A stretch of 64,000 bases of DNA from Armatimonadota bacterium (GTDB lineage: Bacteria; Vulcanimicrobiota; JACPDS01; JBDRKI01), in assembly GCA_043814095.1 (NCBI GenBank), contig JBDRKI010000102.1, positions 64,001 through 128,000 on the forward strand, in the 5' to 3' direction. Below, in pieces: positions 57,603-64,000 of this stretch; positions within the stretch are counted from its first letter, which is position 1; each line of letters begins with the position of its first letter. The notes beneath the pieces were generated by a model. The model made no database searches. It saw only the letters and a list, made by a program, of their open reading frames with translations, and was not told where the DNA came from. A program made the position numbers and the translations under genes.

Positions 57603-59402
57603 TTACTTAGAATTGATCTTTATTAAAACCCTTTTAGCCATCCTGCGCAAGTCCGCATCAGGATTTGTTTTACTTATTCTTTCCAGATCCCTGATTATAC
57701 CCGTATCTTTAAATTTTTTAATATAAGGTCCTATTTTATATACAACCCCGATTGCGGCAGCGCGCATTCCCGGTGATTCTTTTTTTTCTTTAATTACATC
57801 TAAAAGAGCTAAAACAACTTCTTCCGTAGGTTTTACCTTCTCGAACAGATATCCCAGCTCACTTATTGCATCAAATTTATCACGGCAGATTGCACCAGGC
57901 ACATCTTCTCCCCTGAGTTTTGCAGCGCATACCTTCATCTTAACATATTCCCAGCCGTTTTTGTCTTTTAGTAATGTTTCAAAAGCATTAAATTTCAGGT
58001 TTTCATCTTCACCGGGATCATCTACTATAGCTAAGAGTATTTTTTTTGTTTCTTCGGGAAACTTACCTATCTCACCTATTGATATAATTATATTTAATCT
58101 GACTGCTTTCTTTTCACTTTTATTAATTAATATGGAATCATAAAAAGGAAGTGCAGGCTCTGCATATTTCCCAATATTGCATAACGTTTCTGAAGCTGCC
58201 TCGCGCACATAAGAATTATCATCTTTAAGAGCTTCTGCGACAAGATAAACATTTGTTTTTTTATGTCCTGATATTCTACATAGCGTATTAAGCGCCTTAC
58301 ACCTTATATAAGGGTGATTTCCTTTTTTTGCTAACTTTTTAACCGCATCTTCCGCAAGATATGCTTTTCTCCTCAATTCCGCAAGACCAGCCAGGACATA
58401 ACCGCATGTAACAGGCTTTTTAGTGTCCAGTTTAGATATAAGCGGATATGTACTTTTCTCACCTATACTCACCAGTACCTTGACCGCCCAGGGGACACAC
58501 TCTTCCTCATTCATTGCTTTTAAAAGAGAGTCTATTAACTTAACATCACCTTCTATCACTAAATCCTGTAAAGTTAAAAGTGATGCGCTGCGCAGCTCCC
58601 CTGACGAATATTCAAGATTCCGGGCAATCTCAGGAAGACATATTCTTGCTTTAGGCCCGATACTTCCTAAAACTTTCGTGGCATTAATCCTTAAATAAAG
58701 GTTTTTTTTATCAGTTAGCATTCTTTTAAGTACGGGCACACTAGAAGAAGCATCTTCACCTATACCCATCAATATACTTGAAGCATATTCACTGTATGTG
58801 GTGTTACTGCTTAATAAAAGCTTGAGCAGGTCCGGCACGGCAGGACGCCCTATATTAATTAAAGCATTACATATATGCTTTATTAAATCCAATCCCGCTT
58901 CTTTATGGCTCTTGCTGCTTTTATAAAGCAGTTTATCCAGCAATCCTAAATTTGACTTTAAAGCATTTATTAAAACAGGGATCGCAGGTTTGGCATAAAT
59001 ACCTAACTTAGATATTTTTTCCGCCACCGCTGTTTTTTCTCTGATTGAAGTATTTTTACTTCCCAGCTTTGAAATAAATACATTGAGGTATTTTCTTGTA
59101 AATATGCGCTTTTTTACTTCCGATAGAACAGCTTTAGCTTTATCACGGTAAAGAACGATCCTACCGTTATCTCTATTTACTACATGGGTAAGCTCATTAT
59201 CTAACAATAACTCGGACAGTTTATACTGCTCTTTCTGTGTTAAAATTCCATCCTTAGGATTATTATCAAAATAATTAAATATTATTTTCCGTTCTTCCGA
59301 CTTAAGAGAAGCTATATCAACCTTCTCAACACAGTAATCATTACATGCTAAAGGGATAACTTTTACTCTCTTATTAGCTATATTGCTTATTTTTAAACCC
59401 AC
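57603..59402 (-). CDS. HEAT-repeat protein with EF-hand-like N-terminal motif
   Basis: Repeated AIPVLINAL, AVPDLLKLL, LKDDNSYVREAASETL; FDNNPKDGILTQKE; GTG start overlapping the upstream TAG. Confidence 0.78.
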   Translation of the reverse strand: MGLKISNIANKRVKVIPLACNDYCVEKVDIASLKSEERKIIFNYFDNNPKDGILTQKEQYKLSELLLDNELTHVVNRDNGRIVLYRDKAKAVLSEVKKRIFTRKYLNVFISKLGSKNTSIREKTAVAEKISKLGIYAKPAIPVLINALKSNLGLLDKLLYKSSKSHKEAGLDLIKHICNALINIGRPAVPDLLKLLLSSNTTYSEYASSILMGIGEDASSSVPVLKRMLTDKKNLYLRINATKVLGSIGPKARICLPEIARNLEYSSGELRSASLLTLQDLVIEGDVKLIDSLLKAMNEEECVPWAVKVLVSIGEKSTYPLISKLDTKKPVTCGYVLAGLAELRRKAYLAEDAVKKLAKKGNHPYIRCKALNTLCRISGHKKTNVYLVAEALKDDNSYVREAASETLCNIGKYAEPALPFYDSILINKSEKKAVRLNIIISIGEIGKFPEETKKILLAIVDDPGEDENLKFNAFETLLKDKNGWEYVKMKVCAAKLRGEDVPGAICRDKFDAISELGYLFEKVKPTEEVVLALLDVIKEKKESPGMRAAAIGVVYKIGPYIKKFKDTGIIRDLERISKTNPDADLRRMAKRVLIKINSK

Positions 59403-60268
59403 TAATATGTCCTTACATTGTTAACTGTATATTCATTAACCTTCTTTAATAATTCCTGAGCGTATTTATATACAGGGTCATCTTTTTTTATGGATTTAAA
59501 TATAGAAATGATCCGGGGAGTGTCTTTTTTAGATATATTGGCGTATAAAGCATAACCCGCGGCTTCGCGTATATCTGCTTTCTCGTTCCCATCAGCAAAT
59601 ACTTTTGCAAGCGCTGACATAAGGTTTTTTAAGGAACTCAACATACCTCTTACTACTTCTATTGTTTCTAACCGGATTTCTTTATTCTGACCCGGATCAG
59701 TAATTACTTTTGCAAGAATATTATCTACTCTTTTAGTGTAACGATCATCTTCCATAGACCTCATACGCTCTAATCCATGAGCCGCATACCTGCGAACAAG
59801 CATATCGTCCTTCGGGTTAATAAATACTTTTTTAAATGCAGTTATTACATCATCTCTTTTCGCATGATGTATGTGCTCTTCAGAAAGATATATATCAGTA
59901 TCAGTTATAGATTGTATTGCCGCTATGCGTATATTTGGTCTTTCTTTTGTATCTGTAACAACATTTAAAAGTATTCCCATTACTTTGGGATCCATATTAT
60001 AAAATCTTGCAGTATAATCAGACAGCTTAATATTATGTATGTCAATACCTTCTGTTTTCACATAATCTTCCATTACATTTAAAACAGCTCTTACCTGGAC
60101 TTCAAGAGGCAAAAAGTTTTTAAATTTATTATAATAGCCTTTAAGAGTGGTAACTTTTTTCCCTGTAGCTTTCTTACTCGTAGCGGCCGGTTCTCCGCAG
60201 TCTTCACAGTCTTTACATCCTTTAGGCGAACATTGAGCAACAAGCATTCCTGTTTTATTAATATCCAT
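59402..60268 (-). CDS. HEAT-like repeat protein with Cys-rich N-terminus
   Basis: CSPKGCKDCEDC; IRIAAI, VRRYAAHGL, IRLETI, IREAAGYAL; GAGGAGG RBS. Confidence 0.7.
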   Translation of the reverse strand: MDINKTGMLVAQCSPKGCKDCEDCGEPAATSKKATGKKVTTLKGYYNKFKNFLPLEVQVRAVLNVMEDYVKTEGIDIHNIKLSDYTARFYNMDPKVMGILLNVVTDTKERPNIRIAAIQSITDTDIYLSEEHIHHAKRDDVITAFKKVFINPKDDMLVRRYAAHGLERMRSMEDDRYTKRVDNILAKVITDPGQNKEIRLETIEVVRGMLSSLKNLMSALAKVFADGNEKADIREAAGYALYANISKKDTPRIISIFKSIKKDDPVYKYAQELLKKVNEYTVNNVRTY

Positions 60269-60382
60269 AATTCCTCCTCATATTCTTAGATATATTGATA
60301 TATATAGGGCTTATACTACATTATTATAATATCCTTTTAAATTATGTTAAAAAAATGTTAACTTTCCATCCCCTAAAAAATC

Positions 60383-60421
60383 AAATAAGGCCTCAAAAAT
60401 TGAACTTTTAAGGCCTTATTT
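60383..60421 (-). terminator. Terminator after the FAD oxidoreductase
   Basis: AAATAAGGCCT / AGGCCTTATTT stem. Confidence 0.65.
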
Positions 60422-60444
60422 AACAATATCAATTAAAATATTTA

Positions 60445-61836
60445 TTATTTCCTTCTCATTATCTCCTGTGCCGCTATAATACCCGATACAGATGCCTGCA
60501 TAAGGCCCCTTGTGATACCTGCCCCGTCACCGCAGGCAAAGAGATTATTAACCTGTGTTTCAAGGAATTTAGATGTCTCAATCTGTGAAGAATATGATTT
60601 TATCTCTACCCCGTATAATAATGTGTTTTTTGAGGCAATACCGGGCGCTACCTGATCTAATGCTGTAAGCATCTCCAGTATATTTAAAAGATGCCTGTAA
60701 GGAAGAACAAGACTTAAATCTCCCGGGGTAGCTTCTTTTAATGTGGGCTCAACAACGCTTTTTCTCATTCTTTCAACTGTTGAGCGCCTTCCTGCCTGGA
60801 GATCTCCTAATCTCTGGACCATAACCTTACCTGCTAAAAGATTTCCTAACCTAGCTATATACTGGCCGTAAGCGATGGGATCTTTAAAGGGTTCCGTAAA
60901 GTTTTTGCTTACAAGTATGGCAAAATTGGTATTTTTTGTTTTCTTGTTGCCATAGCTGTGCCCGTTAACCGTTATTATGCCGTCATCGTTCTCTGAAACA
61001 ACCTCACCGTAAGGGCACATACAGAAAGTTCTTACCTTATCATCGAAATGCTTTGAATAATATATGAATTTGGATTCATATATGCCTTCTGTTATGGGTT
61101 CTGAAGTATCTGCTGATGTTTCAACACGCACGCCTACATCAACGGGATTAACAATTGTGTTTAATTTTAATCTATGGGATTCATCAGAAAGCCACCTGGC
61201 TCCCTGGCGTCCCGGCGCTGCAATAACATATTTAGACTCAAAAATATCACCGTTATCAAGCATTACTCCTTTTACTTCATTATCACGGCATATAATTTCT
61301 TTAACGGAAGTATCCATAAGAATATCAATCTTCTTTAACAGGAAATTTTCCATATTTTTTAGCACTTCAATACTGGTATCGGTGCCTAAATGACGGAGTC
61401 TATTGGGAATCAGAATCAACCCGGCCAGCGATGCCTTCCTGCTTAACTCGCTTATATCATCTTCATTATCACCGTAAATTACGTTTTTCGCGCCGAATTT
61501 AAGATATAATTTATCCGCGTAATCAATAAGTTCAACCAGCTGTTTTTTACTGATAATCGTGTCTAATATACCGCCTATAGCCGTAGAAAGGGTAAGTTTC
61601 CCGTCAGAATAAGCACCCGCCCCGCCCCATCCGTTTAAAATATCACAGGGCTTGCAGTTTGAGCATTCCACCCCTTTGGCTATTGTAGGACAGACTCTTT
61701 TCTTAATGCTTGAGCCTTTATCTATAAGGAGTACTTTTTTTCTTGATTTTTTTGCTAATTCTAATGCCGCAAAAATACCGGCAGGGCCCGCTCCTATAAT
61801 TATTACATCATAATTCTTCTTTGATTGTTTGAACAT
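60445..61836 (-). CDS. Uncharacterised FAD-dependent oxidoreductase
   Basis: IIGAGPAG, CSNCKPC, GWGGAGAYSDGK, RTFCMCPYG, GDGAGITRGL. Confidence 0.85.
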   Translation of the reverse strand: MFKQSKKNYDVIIIGAGPAGIFAALELAKKSRKKVLLIDKGSSIKKRVCPTIAKGVECSNCKPCDILNGWGGAGAYSDGKLTLSTAIGGILDTIISKKQLVELIDYADKLYLKFGAKNVIYGDNEDDISELSRKASLAGLILIPNRLRHLGTDTSIEVLKNMENFLLKKIDILMDTSVKEIICRDNEVKGVMLDNGDIFESKYVIAAPGRQGARWLSDESHRLKLNTIVNPVDVGVRVETSADTSEPITEGIYESKFIYYSKHFDDKVRTFCMCPYGEVVSENDDGIITVNGHSYGNKKTKNTNFAILVSKNFTEPFKDPIAYGQYIARLGNLLAGKVMVQRLGDLQAGRRSTVERMRKSVVEPTLKEATPGDLSLVLPYRHLLNILEMLTALDQVAPGIASKNTLLYGVEIKSYSSQIETSKFLETQVNNLFACGDGAGITRGLMQASVSGIIAAQEIMRRK

Positions 61837-61853
61837 AAATATTTCCTTGCGTT

Positions 61854-62144
61854 TTAAGTGATAGTTACAGATTCTTTATCGGGAAAATCACATTCTTTGC
61901 ACTCATCAAAGTTTTTAAGCTTTCTTGCTTTAAAAGTATGCGTGCAGTTAATGTAAAGAATGGCTCCGTCCTGCATGGAAAAGCCGAAATCTATGTGGGG
62001 ACAGTATTTTTCAGGAACAAATTCTTTGCAGAAATTATAAAGTTCGCCATAAGTTTCCTGGGTTGTGTTCTGAAAAAAGTGCTTCTCACACTGGAATATT
62101 CCGAACTGGGATTTCCTGAACTTACATGGCCTGTACGGCTGCAT
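61854..62144 (-). CDS. Small Cys/His-rich hypothetical protein
   Basis: 96 aa, 7 Cys including terminal CKEC; GGAGG RBS; co-oriented with neighbours. Confidence 0.65.
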   Translation of the reverse strand: MQPYRPCKFRKSQFGIFQCEKHFFQNTTQETYGELYNFCKEFVPEKYCPHIDFGFSMQDGAILYINCTHTFKARKLKNFDECKECDFPDKESVTIT

Positions 62145-62156
62145 AGTTCCTCCTTT

Positions 62157-62855
62157 TTATTCCGTATAAAGTATTCTGCCGCAGTTGCCGCAGTAAACAA
62201 TACTGCGCTCTTTGGCCTTATCTATTATGTTCTTCGGAAGATTTATAAAACAGCCCCCGCAGCAGTCCCCCTCTATTTTAACAACCGCAAGACCGCCTTT
62301 TCTTGAACGCATCTGTTCATACTTCTGCAGTTCTTCTTCTTCAATGCCTTCCAATACAACTTTTCTTCTATCCTGAATCTGAGCTATATTCTCATTAAAC
62401 TTACCCAATTCTTCGTTATATTTTTTAACCGTCTCTTCATGTTCCTTTTTTGCTTTTTCTATAAGCTCTTCAGCCACTTTTACCTTGCCTTCAAAAGATT
62501 CCGCTTCTTCCATTGATTTCAACATTTTATCTTCAATCTGCTTTTTCTGCGATTTTATATAATCTACTTCCTGCTGCCATGACATAAGCTCTTTTGAATT
62601 TGTGTTCCTGCCGCTGTAAAGCTGTTTATCAATATTTTTAATCTGCTCTTCTTTGGATTGAATCTCCGCTTCATATTCTTTTGCCTGTTTTCTTAAAACT
62701 TCTATATGATTTTTAAACGCATCTGTTTTTTCAACAGCCGCTTCTATCTGTTTTTTCCTCTTTTCTCCAGAATCAAGAGCGTTTACCTGTTCAACTTTAT
62801 CATCAAGTTCTAAATCTATCTTCTGCAATTTACATATTTTCCAAAGATTATGCAT
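62157..62855 (-). CDS. Coiled-coil + C4 zinc-ribbon protein (CT398/zf-RING_7 family)
   Basis: LQKIDLE, long coiled coil, CGGCF...CGNCGRILY. Confidence 0.88.
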   Translation of the reverse strand: MHNLWKICKLQKIDLELDDKVEQVNALDSGEKRKKQIEAAVEKTDAFKNHIEVLRKQAKEYEAEIQSKEEQIKNIDKQLYSGRNTNSKELMSWQQEVDYIKSQKKQIEDKMLKSMEEAESFEGKVKVAEELIEKAKKEHEETVKKYNEELGKFNENIAQIQDRRKVVLEGIEEEELQKYEQMRSRKGGLAVVKIEGDCCGGCFINLPKNIIDKAKERSIVYCGNCGRILYTE

Positions 62856-62866
62856 AAAAAACTCCT

Positions 62867-63418
62867 TTATTTATCAACTGCCGTTTTGACAATTTCATCT
62901 TTTAATGTCACTATGGATCTTAGGTGCCTGTATTTACCGCAAAAATCAAGACCGTAGCCCACAAGAAACTTCTCAGGCACTTCAAAGCCCGCGTATTCAA
63001 TATTTACAGGGCTTACTCTCTTGGACTTTTTATCTAAAAGCGAACATATTTTCAAACTTTTAGGATTCCTTAAAGAGAGTATTTCCTTTATATAATTCGC
63101 TGAAAGACCGGTATCTACAATATCTTCAACTATTAAACAGTCTTTACCCTCTATATCTTCTTCTATATCTTTTAATATTCTTACAACCCCTGATGATTTG
63201 GTTAAAGCGCCATAGCTTGATATAGCCATATAATCCATAATAACGGGAAGCGTAAGATGCCTTACCAGGTCAGACGTGAAAAAAAGAGCCCCTTTTAATA
63301 TGCTGATTACTACAATCTCCCCGCCCTTATAATCATTGTTTATCCCGGCGGCAAGCTCTTTTATTTTAGATTGTATCTCATTTTCACTTAAAACCGTTTC
63401 TTTTATATCTTCATACAT
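62867..63418 (-). CDS. hpt: Hypoxanthine phosphoribosyltransferase
   Basis: ILKGA, ISSYG, LIVEDIVDTG, LLDK, VGYGLD. Confidence 0.95.
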   Translation of the reverse strand: MYEDIKETVLSENEIQSKIKELAAGINNDYKGGEIVVISILKGALFFTSDLVRHLTLPVIMDYMAISSYGALTKSSGVVRILKDIEEDIEGKDCLIVEDIVDTGLSANYIKEILSLRNPKSLKICSLLDKKSKRVSPVNIEYAGFEVPEKFLVGYGLDFCGKYRHLRSIVTLKDEIVKTAVDK

Positions 63419-63431
63419 ATTAAATAATCCC

Positions 63432-63725
63432 TTATTTTACAAATACTTTCCACCACTGGTTCATTAATATAAATTCTATGAGAACAAGTATCGCAAGCAG
63501 GGCGCAGCATATCCTCCAGAAAACCGATAAATTAAAAGAAAAAGCGTTCACAAGCAGGATTAAAGATATTATAAATACGGTTATAAGTTCCGCCTGCAGG
63601 ACATTTAATTTAAGATATGCCAGATATTCCGGATAAAGGAATGCGCAGACCAACAAACCCAGCAAAACCAGCGAGAGTATAAAATTTAATGTAATAACTA
63701 TTCTTGAACTCATGGTTTTACTCAT
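63432..63725 (-). CDS. Small hydrophobic membrane protein
   Basis: About 3 TM segments; start may be the second ATG (63713). Confidence 0.6.
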   Translation of the reverse strand: MSKTMSSRIVITLNFILSLVLLGLLVCAFLYPEYLAYLKLNVLQAELITVFIISLILLVNAFSFNLSVFWRICCALLAILVLIEFILMNQWWKVFVK

Positions 63726-63784
63726 TCTACAGCCTAATAAAATATTCCTTGTATATATTTATATATAATATTTGTATATAGGGT

Positions 63785-63825
63785 ATATATAAAAAGCAAG
63801 GCGAAAAACCTTGCTTTTTATATAT
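63785..63825 (-). terminator. Terminator after ftsH
   Basis: 17-bp stem ATATATAAAAAGCAAGG / CCTTGCTTTTTATATAT. Confidence 0.8.
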
Positions 63826-63854
63826 TTCTGTGAAAAATATCTATACTTTTACTT

Positions 63855-64000
63855 TTATTTTACTTCTTCGTTTTCCTGTACGGAATCCGGAAGATTCCCG
63901 CTTTCTGCTTTGCCGTTAATGATAATATCTATTTCATAGCCTTCCAGTATTTCTTTTTCCTTAAGCTTAACAACCAGTTTCTCAAGCTTCTCTTTATTTT
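63855..64000 (-). CDS. ftsH: C-terminal end of a probable FtsH protease (partial)
   Basis: Manual translation NKEKLEKLVVKLKEKEILEGYEIDIIING resembles the FtsH M41 C-terminus; hpt nearby. Confidence 0.6.
   Translation of the reverse strand, partial: NKEKLEKLVVKLKEKEILEGYEIDIIINGKAESGNLPDSVQENEEVK

Noticed and set aside
1..64000. CRISPR arrays, rRNA, IS elements, riboswitches, recoded stop codons
   Set aside because: No regularly spaced repeats, transposase ORFs or recognisable aptamers seen by eye; conserved genes are full length under code 11 with TAA/TAG/TGA all used as stops.

Overview
AT-rich bacterial chromosomal segment (standard code, most genes on the minus strand), dominated by housekeeping genes. 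These include partial gdhA, rimO, scpB/scpA, a CCA/A-adding enzyme, malic enzyme, an FHA-rodA-pbpA-pknB-PASTA cluster, galT, rpsT, hutI, a P1B ATPase, tRNA-Thr(CGT), two trkA, rho, tal, mpg, polX, ffh-rpsP-khpA-ylqD-rimM-trmD, mreBCD-mrdA, GH57/GH13, rpmB, thiT/thiN, pdp, asnB, rfaE1/rfaE2, metG, tatD, hpt and partial ftsH. Firmicutes-type gene content sits alongside LPS/outer-membrane genes, which suggests a diderm Terrabacteria-type lineage (inference). There are three small toxin-antitoxin modules and a three-gene HEAT-repeat cluster. No CRISPR array, rRNA, transposase or integrase was seen. Most notable: (1) a PAS pseudo-histidine-kinase ORF whose stop codon lies in the anticodon loop of a same-strand tRNA; (2) MreB with its catalytic Glu replaced by Gln; (3) a Zn-ribbon, acidic-tail gene splitting scpA from scpB; (4) a recurring SigH-like promoter motif; (5) a HEAT-repeat operon next to a MazF whose antitoxin looks truncated; (6) an HtpX-like pseudoprotease; (7) a 42-bp loopless palindrome. 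All calls come from reading motifs by eye; no database searches were run.
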